Shown: positions 11,850 through 26,546, counted from the whole stretch's first letter. The stretch is 62,500 bases of DNA, filler included, from Choristocarpus tenellus KU-1152 (GCA_964200185.2; 10 parts of 10 records of this genome joined end to end with filler, not necessarily neighbours in it), one strand, 5' to 3'. The notes: generated by a model not told the origin, from the letters alone. Numbers and translations: made by a program.

Positions 11850-13950
11850 AACGGTAACATTCACCAGGCAAACTCTAACGGTTTTTGTGCAGCGTGATCG
11901 TGATGTTTGTTGAAATTGCACTTTCAACAGTGTGTGATGTGTCATCATGTATCGCTACACCTTTCATAACACATCGTGACAATTTGTTCAAAGATCAATG
12001 CTTTGAGGTCTGCATCACATTGTGGGCAATGTAATGCCTCTCACAAAATGCTCAACAAAAGGGCGTTATGATCACGTGATTATTTAGAACCATCTACACT
12101 CCATTATTTCTTGCCTGATGAAACGAGTTCACCAAGTGCATGTATGTGACCAGCATTGCTTCATATATCAATCCATATGGCAGCATGTACTCTGCAGTGG
12201 TACATAACACTATTGCACATAGTTCTTGTAAGTGTACCTTCAACAAAATATGTCAAAAGTTCCGTAATATTGCACTAAACGGCTAAAGTTTGCATGACTC
12301 TGAATACATGCAGGGACTACGTGCGGAGTGTGCCCATTATTAAAAAAAATCTAAAGTGTCGCCTAATGAACCCACACCACGACAAAGATTAATCCAACAA
12401 CCATTTATTTTTTTTCAAGCTTCGTCCATGCGCCAACTTGAACCAACAACTGGAAAAGTCTTTGATAATAATGCACTAGAAGAAGAACGCCATCATGGAA
12501 AATACGCAACGGAATGGAATGTTTAAGAAAGGATATTAAGGAAATGCAAGTTTCATTTTTTTTCTTGTCCCTACTGAAGGAAGCAATCTTTGGAGATACT
12601 GTAAAGGTCTCAAGGCAAAAGAAGCAAGAAATATGATTCAAGGGACATCACACTTCCAACAATCAGATAAGAGCTAAAAATAGGATTGATGATGTGTTGT
12701 ACGATGATGATATGAGTGATTGTCAGGGTGCAAAATTTGCTTTTGTTGCCCCCGAGGAGATTGCTAACGGTTTAGAATTTGCTAGAGGTTTAACCAAACT
12801 ATGAACCAACAGTTTTTCAAGTCCCTATCCAATAGAAAATATGTTCTGAACAATATGAGGGGGTTTGCAACGAGATCATTGGACTTAGCTTTGTTATTCT
12901 AATTCAACCACGAGAGACCCCATTCTGGTAGGTATTGCTATGGAAGAACTCCTATGTGATGCATTTTTTTTTTCACAAGTACCACACCTCTACTTGAGTT
13001 ATAGATTGCACAATTCACAAAGGACAAAATAGCTCACAATCAATTATGGTTGAAATTTAAGTGCTTGTGTCACAATTATTGTTGTACCTCTCTCCTTATA
13101 CATTCAGAATATGTAACCCGTAGCACACCCTAGCTCCAATAATAGCAGCATGTACCTCTGAAGAACACCGCTGACCACAACGAAGGAAGAAAAAATACTA
13201 CGAACTCCGCTACGGATGGCCTTCCGTTTGTTGTTTTCAGCCTTTTTCCGGTGCTCTGTACGCAGGGGCTTCCCTTCTCCTACGATTTTAGGCGGGTCAT
13301 TTTGAGGAGGTATGCTGTGAGGTAGATAAAAAATGTGGAGGACTCAGGTCTTTAGAGTGGGGTGAATACCAGTTTTGACGTGTTGTTTCTCGTCTTGTAC
13401 TCTATATGTGACACCTTTTCTGAAATATTCTTCTCAGGACGAAAGGTAACTCCCCCCACAAAAATGGCTTCATTCAGCTGAATTGGCAGTAATATCTTCT
13501 TGCGTGTTGGTGTCCTCGTTTCGACATGTTCGCTAGAGGAAGAATTTTTTAACCAATTGCATCGATAGCGTGTCTTAAGAACCTTAATTATTATCTCCGT
13601 GTTGCTACGAATGGATGATCGTGTATCCGTGTATCATTGGTATGCAATTGGATAATTTGTTTCCCGAGGAAAAAAACTATAGTTAGCTGTATTAGTGGTA
13701 GTATCAAGGAAAATACAACATTAACGTTGCTCCAGCTTGGAGTGTCCCCTAGAACTCTTGCTGCATTGCATACAAACCATGGCGTGATCATACACCTGGG
13801 TATAGCGACCCGTCTATGTTTATATGCATACTTATTGACATTTATCTTTCTTAGGCGGAGATCCGTAAGATCTTGTTGAGCGGAGGTGACAGTCTGTTGC
13901 AGTTGTTTTTCGTTGCTTTCCACGTGGTATTCTATACATCACATACGTAG
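11850..13950. pseudogene. Highly decayed DNA-transposon relic, possibly MULE with SWIM finger and Ulp1-like protease fragments
   Basis: Cys/His pattern near 11900-11960, a frameshifted N..HW.GIAM-like segment near 12900 (+) and a WSNVNVVF...PIQLN segment at 13470-13740 (-). Weak, by eye only. Confidence 0.25.
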
Positions 13951-14566
13951 AACCTGCGCAATGTGAAGCACACCACGATTAATGTCACAATAAATCATCG
14001 CTACTTCTGCCGTAAACAACTTTGCATGCATAGGAGAAGAAGCACACTGCTTGCTTATCCATACCGCTTTGAAGGGACGATGGGTCGAAATTCCAACTCA
14101 CGCTTACAATTTTTTACCATGGACTCACAATGACCATGCCATCCCACAAATATCCTGGTTTTTGAGTGTTCGATAACACCCTCCTATGTGGCATGCATTT
14201 CCATACTATGTTCATCCACAGCAAGGACAGCAAGCGATAGGTGTTCCAAAATTACAACTACAATGGGCAGGGATGCCATCACCTCGCTGGGATAGTTGTT
14301 GCCTCAATTAAGCTTAATGTGATTGAGTACGACGTTTCAGCAGCAAATGCGTGAAACACTGCATTTGTTTAGCACATAACGCAAAACACACGAGATATAA
14401 GTGATCCTAAGACTCTCCACCTAGAGCATTCAAAACCTACTGGTCTTTATCTGGCACTTACTATACAATGTTGTGGCGAAAAGCAGGTGCACACCATTCT
14501 TTATGAGATAATAAAGTTGCTACCTGAGGACTCTCTCTCTCTAGGGGAACTGCAGGTGTCCCCCCT

Positions 14567-14817
14567 GAGTGAAAGTATCTTAGAGGGTACGAGTTTTGCC
14601 CTTTTTGTCCATTTGGGGCTTGCCTTCCCATGGGTTANNNNNNNNNNACTCCAAAATGTTTACGAGTAGGTGAAATGTATACGTTATGAAAAGTGCGTCC
14701 AGAACAAGGATGATGGCACTTCCTAGCAAACACAATAGCCAAAATTACATCAAAATCGCAACATTAGATTTTGACCCCCAAATGGACGCGGCTCTACCCT
14801 CTAAGATACTCTGGCTC
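14567..14817. mobile_element. MITE family 1, copy A
   Basis: About 23-bp TIRs GAG(TG/CC)AAAGTATCTTAGAGGGTA, flanked by CCCT/CCCT; same internal sequence as the copies at 41580, 43664, 43743 and 49072. Confidence 0.9.
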
Positions 14818-16622
14818 CCCTCAGACCACACACAATCCTACGACCACTCAGGAAGTCACGTTGCTCTAACAGCTACACATAGAAGTAGGCATACCACAGA
14901 TACCGCCTTTTTGGTCCCATACATAAATATTCCACAAAATATGTACTTTACAATATGGATGAACGAAAGGGGGATTAACGGCCCCCTCGCCTTCCAGTCT
15001 TCACATCTGGAGCATTCCTCGTGTTCCATATACTATCAACTATTTGAAACGCATGCATAGGTGGGGTTTAGACACGTAAAAGGCATCACCAACTGGGTAT
15101 TCCAGGCAAGTACACCAACTGGAAGTAGATACTATGAAACATATTATCAATAGCGATCTCTTTGACCCACCGTGGCCAGTGTATTTTGATAGCAGCTATC
15201 CCCACAGGGACAGCAAGCAAGCACAAGGACGGAAGTGTTACCTAAACATTTGCGCAGTCACGTACGTACGCCCTTGTCTCCACAACGTTTCTACAATAGT
15301 TGTACAAAGATATGAGGGTTAAATGTATCACAGTGTACTACTGTGGATACTACACATAAATTGCACGGTAGTAGTGGCAATGAGTTGAGGTGTAGTTGAG
15401 GCAACCCAAGATAAGGGGCGGCTACAATATAAGAAGCGAAAGGTAAGTTAAAGTACAAAAGCTGGTCATGCAAGTCAGAAACGAGCTCCCTCCGTGTTTT
15501 TTCTTAATTTTTTTTTCCCACTGTACACACAACAGTCACTGTGAGGGGACTCTGCTATGATACGACATCCCAAATCAGACTTGCATTGAGCATTGAGGTG
15601 TCTTCACACATGCAGATAATAACAGGGGCGGTGGAGACTTATCTTCAACAATACACATGAGATACAAACCTTGGAGGTACCAGCCTGGATGTATCGCAAT
15701 ACCCACTACACAAATACTAATGCTGTAGACAAACGACTCTTGAAGACCCGGAACAGTTCTTTGTGTTCCACTGCACTAGGTCTCCAACTCCGAGGTGGAT
15801 GATAATCCAGGCGCAAGAGAAGAAAAAACAAAAAAAGGGTCTGTGTGCCTGAAAAAATGTGCATCAGCTGCTGCTGTAGAAGGGTCTCACACTACAATGG
15901 TGTGAGCTATACCTTTAGCTATACCTTTGGAGAAGAAGGACTGTTGGTTGTGATCAACGAAGACGGACACTCCAGTCAATGGAGACAACAAGCGACATGA
16001 AGGGAAAAAGGGTTACGTTTCTATTTTGAAGAAGATGAAAAAATTCAGCAATAAAATACTACAATTAAAATATATTATCCTTAGCGCAGTTTTAACAACT
16101 TCGGCTGTCCTACATTCCTGAAATAAGGCCAGTTTGCTGTCCCAATGCAAATCGAATGATTGAAAAAAAAGACAAATAACTATTGCAACCTCTCCCACCA
16201 CTGTTATACACCCTACACTGGCTCTACCTACACCCCTCTCATCCTCTCCGCATAACTTTCTACAACTGTGCACAAAAGCTCCTTCGATCATGAACACTTT
16301 TTTTTGTCAACAAAAGGGCGATCCAGGGTTGGCAGTCACCACAGACAGCAACACCATCAGTATTCCATTCCCTACTTGTATCGACACTTTGTCCATATTG
16401 GCCCATGGTACTAGATCTCACCGCATAAAGAATCTTTTCCAACTTCATACAGCTTACAGTAACACAAGATGATATGAAGTTAACATTAACATAGCAGTCT
16501 CCTAGTAACATTCTCTGTGTACAAAAATATACAATTATATACCTTGGAGATTACATCCTCTACAAGATCACGCAGTCATGACCCTTGTCCATTGCTCCTT
16601 GCCAATACATTGCCCCATGCTC

Positions 16623-17941
16623 TCATTCTTTTACTACCCCATCCGGTGAGACTGTCTTCCCAACATAGCCGGCATCCCCAGGATCACTATCATGGGGGTA
16701 ATGCACTCCGGGAAGGCGAGCCTCAACCGAACCGAAGCCATTTTCGCTCAGGACTATGCGCTTGACTGGTGTTCCCTTGCGAGCCATGAACTCCTCGATG
16801 TTACGGCCAAACCAAGGGACATCCATCTAGTGATCATAAACGGCCAGGTAGACAAGCAGATTGCAGATGAATTGGTGAGTGGAGTAGGAACTACGGGAAA
16901 GATATGGGAAAGAAGCCCAGAGGTTGCACTGCACACCTCAGTTAACACACCAAGCAATTTAGGGTAGGTAGTAAGGGTTGTGCACCGTTAGAAATGCCGT
17001 AGAGTATTGTGGTCAAGTTCTTAATTGCTTGGGGCTGAGCCAGCAAAGGGGCGTGGGAAATGGGGATATTACCAACCCAATAACATAGTAAACACATTTC
17101 CCAGCCTCCTGGTGTGACTCACCTTGCCGAGATTGTCAGCGATAAGGTGCTTTTGGCTGCAGCCCTGGCAATAGCAAATGACAATGCCTTTGTAGTATGC
17201 AACCCTGGATATCTGCCAAATGTATTCAGGCGAGAAAGGATGATCAGGTAAAATTTGCTAGTAACAGCAAACTCGAGATACACTTACCCTAACACAATAA
17301 TCAGTTGAAGGTTGAACCGAGGGACAAGATGGGGAAGTTAACGCTACACATGACATGCAACAAACCAGTTAGCTCCGGCAGTTGAATCAAGGGTTAAGAC
17401 TATGAATTAAAACCAATCTTTTTGGGAAATTAGAATGAATTCGTGTGTGTGTATCTCCGGATGTGAAATACCCCCAACCTTACCGAGTACATGCTCCTCG
17501 AATCGCAGAGGTTGCAAGTGAAAGCCAGCGTCAGCTTCTCATTCATATCAACATTGTCAATCTTGACCTTCATGCCCTCCTGGTATGGGTAGTTCATAAT
17601 ATGTATCATGTCAACTATTGGGGTACACGGTGTGCTCGAAAACTCAAGAACAGAAGTTCGTGATGCGAACAATTTAGCAACATTGCTAATAGTTGAACAG
17701 AAGCCGCCACGGACTTCTCACAAACCTTTACTGTGAAGGTGAAAACTTCAGGGTAACTTTCAGATCTTTTCGATTGGGGTAGTAGGGCAGGGACAATAAT
17801 CTCGTCGTCCTCCTCCATCCTCAAGGAAGAGAGGCTTCGGGAAGAGCGAGCAATACCCAACACACCTCCCCCGTGGATCAAAAATCCTTGGATCGAGTGT
17901 AGCAGGGCGAGAAAAGGGAACGCATGTCTCCATAGGTGCAT
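16623..17941 (-). CDS. DNL-type zinc finger protein (Hsp70 escort protein HEP/Zim17-like), plastid-targeted; exons 17941-17726, 17579-17484, 17212-17123, 16826-16623
   Basis: Spliced sequence LAFTCNLCDSRSMYS-ISRVAYYKGIVICYCQGCSQKHLIADNLGK-MDVPWFGRNIEEFM has two CxxC and the ADNLG motif; signal peptide ends IQG-FLI. Confidence 0.92.
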
Positions 17942-18170
17942 GTTCAACCTCTTGCTCGGATGAATAACACCTCCTTAATTGAAGTAGGATGTAGGATATG
18001 AGTATGTAAACACTGATGAATATGACACTAATTCAAAATATTGTAACTTGGATTGACCGACCGTCCCTTATGACGTATCCCCTCAACCTCTATCTTTTTG
18101 AGTGAAACAACTATCCCTGAATTTACGAAGAGTGGGACGGGGTACCCAGTATCCTCACGGAGAGTGTAGT
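17942..18170. promoter_or_regulatory. Putative bidirectional promoter (229 bp between divergent ATGs)
   Basis: ATG at 17941 (-) and 18171 (+). Confidence 0.6.
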
Positions 18171-20521
18171 ATGGGCCCTCTTTATTGGTTGATATGGGTA
18201 GTCGGGTTGACTACTGCCTCCGGATATCTGGTTATTCCACAAGTGGCTCAGGGTGGGGCTACTTTGGGAAAGTCAACAGGTGCATTCTGAAGGACCTAAG
18301 TAGTGTTGGGGAGGGAGAGGAATATGCGCTCAAAGTCGCCAATATCATCTACATTGATTTGCTAGCGCATTTTTTATGCTCTGGTACACGAAAACTTCCC
18401 CTTTACCTTAGCGGTTGTGCTGCATCTAGTCTCTCTCAGAAGAACCATCACCTATTGCCTTTTGGTATAGGTTGTCGGAGGTTGGCCCATAGCTCCGGTG
18501 TGCGTTGAATATGCCTAACTACATCCCAGAAGCCTCGCTTACTGCTTTGCATGCCAATGAGACGATCAAATGTTTGCCTTTCAGATGCCCTGTACCCCTT
18601 GACGCAAGCACCTACATTGGTGTTATGTTCTCGCAACACGCGTAGATATACAGGCACCATTCGAATTCAATGTTCTGTTACTTCCTATTGTCTAGGAACG
18701 CAAGCCCGAGTTGTCCACAAATATATTGGCAAGCGACCCCTACGAGGGACGAGCTGGGTCATGACCTCGGACACAACTTCCACAGGAGCGACAGTAGTGG
18801 AGTGTGATGACACGATTGGACCAAGCGGTGTGGAAGGCACCCGTAGATTCTACGAAGATTGGAAGTGGCGAGGGCACAACATCAACTATAGAGTAGAAGG
18901 TGAGAGATGAAGGGCTACCGTTACCAATGTCATCTTTGGTGCCATCATTCCAGATTAACAAGTTTATAGGATCTAAGAATTGGCAACCGAAAGTATTCGA
19001 GAATTGTCCAAACAAGACGTAGCGGAGTTTCCATCTTTGCTTCCCAACTTATATACTTGTGGGGAGCATGTGTGCTGTGTTGCCATGTCTGAGTACTCTG
19101 ATGGAGCCATGAGTTTTGCCCTGTTGCCAAACGTGGAACAAGGGACACCACAGTAGTCACTACTACAATCGCCCTGTCCGACCCATACTAAACCTGAACG
19201 TAATCGACACCGCGTTAAAGTCATCTATTGTTTCTACTGGATGGGTAGGGGTAAAGGTCTGCGATTTCTGGGATACGAATCAAAGTGCAATTGCAGGGAT
19301 AGCTATCCAACTTTACTGATGGGTCAAGCAATGTACTTCGAAATATGAACTCCAACAAATTTGGTGCAGTTATTCCGCCCATCCTTTCTCAAGACAAACT
19401 CACGCAACCGAGGGTTGAATTCATCCTTGCAATTGCTTTAACGTTCAAATTTGTAAAACTGATCCTTCTCTTTAGGGCCGGAGGATGCTCCTCCAGTCTT
19501 GTTAATTCACGGGTTTGGTGCGAGCGTGGGACACTTCCGAAAAAACATCCCAGTCCTAGTGTCTGAAGGTTACCGGGTGTATGCCATTGACCTGCTCGGC
19601 TTTGGAGCAAGCGACAAGCCCAAGCATGTTGAGGTGCGTTTTAACCGGGGGGATCACTGCTGTGATACAGGGGTGGAGATTGTTGTGACTGCATGTGAGT
19701 GTTGCTTGCTCCCAAGATGCGTGTGAGTTGGGTGTATTCATACTGTGTCCATGTCCATTCCCAAACCACCATTGAAAGTGAATGTGGGAAGAGGGAAGGG
19801 GGAACAGGAAGATAAGGTGTTGGTATGTCGCAGGGGTGGGAGGTGAGGTGAGGTGCAGGGTTGGCATTGGACCTCGAGAAACAAACGTCCCTTTTATTGA
19901 GATAGGCAGGCAAGGTACTATGCAGGTGACACCTCAACTCACAAAATCCATTACCCTCTACTGAACCCTCTTCGCAATTGTGGACTAGACTGAAATCTGC
20001 ATTTCGAGCAGCTGCATGTGCCTCCATCGTGAACATGTTGTTTGTCTCTCTTCTTTCCTGTGCTTTGTTCTCCGAATCCCCCAGTACTCCCTCGAACTGT
20101 GGCTTGAACTTCTCCTGTGCTTTGTGGATGACATGTCCGCCAACAAGGGGGATAAATGGATTTTTATGGGCAATTCCATTGGTGGCCTCCTCACTCTCAT
20201 GATCACTGAAGCGTTGCAGCGGGATGAACGGGTACGATTGTCCAATCCCCCCTTTCCCATCCCCCTTGGTTACATCTCCTGCTCTGCTCCCATTTTTTAA
20301 ATTTAACTATCGAAACTATGATCTGTACCGCTGTGATGCGCTACATGCAACATGGAACATAGGTGAATCTGCACGCCGTGTGCTCTCTCAAGAACCAAAC
20401 CACCTTGTTATGTAGGATGTGTAATTGTCAATGTTCACCATGAGCAGTTATGTATGTATGACCTTGTATGTGTCCTACCTTTTTTAGTTCATTTTTAAGT
20501 ACGCCTGGTGATGCTGGGTGG

Positions 20522-20568
<47 letters not shown>

Positions 20569-21815
20569 AGCAATACTACAACCCTATCTACATTCCCAAT
20601 TTCACTGTACAGTCAAGGGAGGTTTTACAAATAGCTCTCTTCTTGTAATGGTTTCCTATACAATTGGAGTGGCGTTTTGTACACACTTGTAATTATCGTT
20701 TGTCTATCGCAATAGGAAAATGTATGTACAAAACAATAGACGTGCTGCACTCCACAAGAACAGTGAAGCAATAAAGTGTAAGAATATATGCTGGGATTGA
20801 AGCAGGTGATCCCGACAAATGCAGCAAGAAATGGAACAGACTTGAGAGGAAGGGACTACTTCCTGTCTGTCCAGAGGAAAATGTTGATGGAGTATTCTTT
20901 TTTTCTCTTTGTTAGAGCAGCAGGTTGACAGAAGCGCTCTCTAAGCTACCTGCATAGTAGCTTTATGTAGGTAGCTTAGCCTTAAGGGCGACCCATGACA
21001 AAATATTCAAGTATTCACTAATGCATTAGTCCCACAGCAATGCAACATAATGCATTGTTCCGAGCACAGAAGACTTGAACTTCAGATTGAAAGTAGATGA
21101 TGGGAGGTCTAATGACCAATGGTATATTGAATTCAGCTCGTACTGAAGGTATTATACATGGTCATGTTATACGAATATTACTAACCTAGGTTGGAGGCAC
21201 AGGAAAGGCACTGGTACAGCGTAACTGGTAGTATAATAGTATATGGTATATGGATAAACATTTTTTCACAATTAATTTTATGACAGCTGTTACTTTTTTT
21301 AGGGATTTTTCTGACATGTGAATAGTTTTCGTTGGTTTTTCCCCTGGCACATCTGCAAAATGTCAGAGGGCATAATAATAATGATAATGTTGTTCCGATC
21401 TGTGGACTTCCCCCCCCCCCCCCGTGCTGGTCCAGCAACAAAGTCTTTGATTATTTCTATCTTTGATTAATTCTATCTTTGATTATTATTTTTATCGAAA
21501 ACCGGGCATCTCGTTTTGATTTTGATTTTGATTTTGATTTTCAAACCTGTTCAATTCTCCGCTGGGAGCGATTCGAATGTCTTTTGAAACTGCCATTGCT
21601 TGTTGCCCTCTGTCCTCCCTCCGCCGCCTCTCCCGCGTAAGACGAGGCCCTCACGATGACAACACGACCAATCGGTTCACTGCACTCGACTCGACCCTCT
21701 CACCGGCCAGGTCCGTGGGTCCGTGCTGTTCAACACAGCAGGAGGTCTGGTCAGCTTTCGGAAGTCTGAGCTACCCGTCTACCTCCTCCCGGTGATGTGG
21801 TTCTTCAACAATGTG
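18171..21815 (+). CDS. Alpha/beta hydrolase, pheophytinase/chlorophyll-dephytylase-like, probably plastid-targeted, 3' incomplete; exons 18171-18279, 18696-18899, 19476-19633, 20085-20231, 21711-21815
   Basis: WKWRGHNINY, PVLLIHGFGAS, RVYAIDLLGFGASDKP, nucleophile elbow GNSIGG, VLFNTAGG; phase-consistent GT-AG introns; signal peptide ending ASG-YLV. Confidence 0.9.
20523..20567. repeat. (GT)n microsatellite (others at about 29330-29420, 30011-30057, 30920-31020, 55527-55640, 56440-56477)
   Basis: Visible dinucleotide and tetranucleotide runs. Confidence 0.95.
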
Positions 21816-24800
21816 GTAGGTGTCCTCGTTGCCAACTTGTCAACGGCTCCTGACACTGTTGCAAATGTAGTTGAAACCCCCGACCCTACCTTCCGTTCCG
21901 TTTCTTAGAAGAGATTGGTTTTTGATGTGTCACCAATGGCATCCGTCAAACACGCCTTCCTCTTGTTCTGTCGCTGCTACTACCGCCACGGCATTTACGG
22001 GACTATTATTACCGGACTGGTATGCCCTCAATCTCTGTCTTGGTCGTGGGCTGTACCTTGGCGAGATGATGATTGAGGCGTCTAAGAGACACGGGTCTGA
22101 AACACATTTTTTTTTTTTAATATATGTTCACTGTTAGCAGAGCCGCATTGTTTATACGCTTATCTTTGCTATCGTTACTACTGTTTTTTTTTTTTTATGC
22201 ATTTTTTTTTCTTGTTTGAAATATGACTTTTTTTTAATTTTACCGATTACAGTTTCGCAATTGTTCACACACCAATCTTTGTTGCTATTTGAAATGCGTC
22301 TTGGTTGTATTGACCAATAGCAGAGCCGCATCGCTTACGCCGATCTTTGCTAACTGTTAATACTGTTGTAAACACCACAAAAGAAAAGAAAAATGTTTTT
22401 TACTTTTTTTTTAGTAGCAGCAATCCGTGCATAACAATACAATTATTTTTGTTTAGTGTTACTGTTCTTAGTTCAACCCAAGAAGAATAAAAGAAAAGAA
22501 CAGAATAGAAGAAGAGAGATGTGGAAGAGTGAATTTTTTTTTGATGAGGATGTATGTGGACACGCGTGGTGTGTATCTACCATTAAACGCTCTTTTGTAA
22601 GCTGCACCTCTTTAGAATGAAGAAAGAAAAGAAGTAAAATGAATATAGAGCAGTTAGTCAAGAACTTGAAAACAAATTATGGGATGCTTTTACGGAGCTC
22701 TGGGGTTCTGAGGACGACGTTTTTTTCCGATTTCTTGGAACGTTCTGCATTCTACGCAGGGTGTCAATTATTCAGGCATATATATGAGGCACTCCAATCG
22801 GGAAGGTATATCCCGATCGCATTCGCGGTCTGAGGATAGTGATGACAAGGCGCCTTCCCCATGACATTTAAATGCCGGAGTTCACTGCGCCTGTCTTCTT
22901 TCTTTTCGTATGGTTTTGAAAGAAACAAAACAAAATTTAATTAAAAAAAATTATTCAATGTGAAAAGTATAGTTTTTTTTGTATGAAATAGATGACAATA
23001 TATATATATATATGCATATGTTTTTCAAGGTGATTCTAACATGCTGATGCTAAAAGATGTATGTACGTTTTGAATGAGATCTTATTGATACAAAAAAAGG
23101 GGGGGGAGGGGAGGGGAGGGGGAAAAGAAATGAAGGCAACAGTAACCTTTTTTTTTTTAAGTTGTTTGAAGTACGAGGTCACTCTTTTAAATAGATAANN
23201 NNNNNNNNNNNNNNNNNNNNNNNNNNNNNNNNNNNNNNNNNNTTAATTAATTAANNNNNNNNNNNNNNNNNNNNNNNNNNNNNNNNNNNNNNNNNNNNGG
23301 TTGTTGGGGGTGGTGGTGGGGGGGGGGGGAGAGGCAAGGATTTTTGAAGTGTGAGGACTTGTTTCAGACCTTGAAGAGACCATGTGATTTCTCCTTTTAA
23401 AAGCTCCTCATATCATTATTGTTATTGTTGACAGTAGCAACACTGATATGATAGCTGGTATGAGACGAGATGAGATACAGTGTACTCTTCTTTTGAATAA
23501 GTTTTGCTAGGGTTGGAGGCGGTGTGTAAGGGTGTTGAGTGATACGAGGAGAGGAGAGGTGTGAAGCAGGCCCTTGGGTGTGTCCATTGTATGGTGTCTC
23601 TCTCTCTGTGATGTTGGAGGGGTTAGTTTCTGTCCATCTTGAGGATGCAAGGATGTAGGTATGCATACAGCTTAACCATACAGTGGTACGATTCAAGTTG
23701 TAATTTTTTTTTTTCCTCTTTTTTTGTTGGATAGATTTTTTTTTGGGGGGGGAATTGTGTGAGGTGGGTTGGAACAGTCGGATTTTGATGTGGTTTGACA
23801 TTGTGGTCCCTTGGTCGGTTGCCATATATGTCGGGTGTTGTCTGGCAGTGTGCATCTATAGAAGTAATCACAGTCCCACTCAGTCCTGCCTTGAAGGGTG
23901 TTTTGGGAGGGGGTAGTGGGGGGGGTTGTTGATTCTGCATCATGTGTTTCCTTGGTTTGCTGCTCCTGACTGTGATTTGTGCAGAGATGAGAAATCAGAT
24001 AGATCTATTCGTGGTTTTTTGGACTTTGATGAGTTTTTTCTCATACCCACTGTTGGTGCACACTTGAAATTGATTGTTGCATTTTGTTGACTATCACTCA
24101 TCATATTTCATCACATCAACAGCAAGATCAGACAATGTAAATCAAATCGCATTGTCACATGAATATGCTGGAGTATTGTTCTCAGGTGTCATATCCTTGT
24201 CCATACATGGAGGTGAAAGAGTCATCTTCTAGCAATCAGTACATGGTTGGCAGTACCTCAACATAATGTTTTGTATCAGGGTCATGATGAGGCAACACCA
24301 TCTTTCGTACAAGAAAAATTTAGAGTACTGCACAACTGATAGTTTGTGAGTCTATATGTGCAGCAGGTATCATAGATTGAACAACATAGTGATACCAGAA
24401 TATGCAGTGTGTGGGCAGTCAGGTTACCTTACCTTGCTTGTTGCAGTCACAATTCCCTCAACATGACTACCCAGTCAATACACAGTATAATAGTATGGTA
24501 CTGTTGTTACAGCACCAGCAAAAAAGAAAATTCTAATACAACTAGATTAGGTGTAATTTCAAGTGTGGTTTTTACAGATGGATATTTTATTGTGTTGCAT
24601 TTTGCCCCAAGTCGTGCATGGGACATAAGGTTTCCTATGATCTCTCCCTGATAAATATTATTATTATACTAGTGTGTATTATGCGTTGGACCAAGCAATC
24701 GCCTATACAGTACCATGAGAAACCGGTAACACACTCTAATGATAGAAATCGTCTAGGATGAATAGTGAATAGTAGTATGATTCTATTTGCAGCCAAAGAG

Positions 24801-25149
24801 ATCCCTTGTGTGAGGAAAGAGTTCAAAATATTTCAATTATATAGAGGAGTATAGAGAAGAAGAAAAGCCTTAGAAAAACTTGTTGAACATCAAATCCACC
24901 GACAGTTACAAAAAACTTGACAAAAAATTCCAGGATGTTGAGGTCTCCCAGAACATTCAAACGAAGTGCGATACAACAGAATTACACAGCATCGGTTGTT
25001 CTGCTCAAGATATTTCTCCAGAACAGGAACAATCCTGGGTACTGTCCACATAGCTAACAACAAGGTGTTTTGTCTAAGTGAGCAGACATTTCAAATTTTC
25101 ACCACTGTTAGAGAAAACAATCACTAGCAGTGTTGTCTTGGACAAGATA

Positions 25150-26070
25150 CACATCCTCCAACAATACCTGCTTTGAGCCTTAATTCACAGAAATTGTCTG
25201 CACTACTCAATAATAGGAAAGTATATTCACAAATATATACCATAGTATAGTGTGAAACTTCTTCAGGCCAAAGCAGTGCTGTAATGAGCTCCAAAAACTT
25301 TACCAAGATGCATTAAAGAGGTCTTCCTGCCTGCCATGTCATGAGACAACACATAGGCATCTTAGTTTCCAATCCAGCCAACCCTCCACAAGCTCAAACA
25401 ATCAATGTTTGCCATGGGGCCCATGAACATACTCACCTTAGCATCAAACAGCATCCTGTCTTGTGAGGCACACCACAATCCTCTAAATAACAAAATTGGT
25501 TGCAAATTCTGGAATTAGCAAACGATATTGCTAATCCAAGCTCAAGGCCCTCCACCCTAAAGTCACCATTATGGACAGCATCTACACCGGTTCCAAGTGT
25601 TTGTACCCAAACCAAGCTTTTCTGTATTCCCAGTATTTGACAAGCCAGAAGGCGTTAAGTGTGGGAACGCCTCCCCATAAGAGCAAAAAGTAACCCTAAC
25701 CCTAACACAAAAGTGACAACAAAATAAATGTGCATATATTGCCTTGCTCAAATTAGTGCAAAGCGCCTTCTCTGATCAACCCGCTTTCCATGTCAGACAT
25801 TCCCCTCATGCTCCACCCCCTCCCCCACCAAACAACCCCCCTGCTGTCTTATTTCCTCCATAGTAGATCATCAATCACATGACCGCACATGAGCAGTTCA
25901 AGTGAGAGCTAGAGGTAATAATCCAAGGTACCTCCCCCCTTGACCTCATCCATTTGCTGCATCCCTGTCACATCAAAGGATCCCATCAAACAAACTCTAC
26001 TCGTAGGCCTCCAACCATAAAGTTCTTCTGTATCCTTTGCATGATCTCCATCTTCACAGACATGAGACTA
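25150..26070 (-). mobile_element. Decayed LINE-like 3' region
   Basis: Broken Trp/Cys-rich coding-like sequence with LGTG...E.GR-like and HFLL.C-like remnants; no intact ORF. Confidence 0.3.
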
Positions 26071-26546
26071 GAGCTTGATCCTGTCATTTTTAGGGCTACC
26101 CGCGGCTGCATATAAAATCAAGTCAGCAAGAGTGGGAAAGGGGGGGGGGGGGGGGATATTTTTCCGCCTTGCTTTTAAAGGAAAATTTGTAAATTGTGAA
26201 AAAAAGGGGGGGGGTTGGGGNNNNNNNNNNNNNNNNNNNNNNNNNNNNNNNNNNNNNNNNNNNNTTAATTAATTAANNNNNNNNNNNNNNNNNNNNNNNN
26301 NNNNNNNNNNNNNNNNNNNNGGTTCCCCACGCGTGTATACTGCTCGCGCCAGTCAAAGCGCAGGAAGAAATACTCGCGCTACTCGCCTGTAACAGAATTG
26401 GTGGGACATATAGGTGGTCAAGAAGCCAGAGAAAGGGACAGGATTATATGCACACAAATGTTTTATTGGAGGAATAGAGATTTCTGACAGGCACTCATGT
26501 GGTACGTCTTTGTGAGAAGATGTATCATGATCAAGAATCAAGTACC

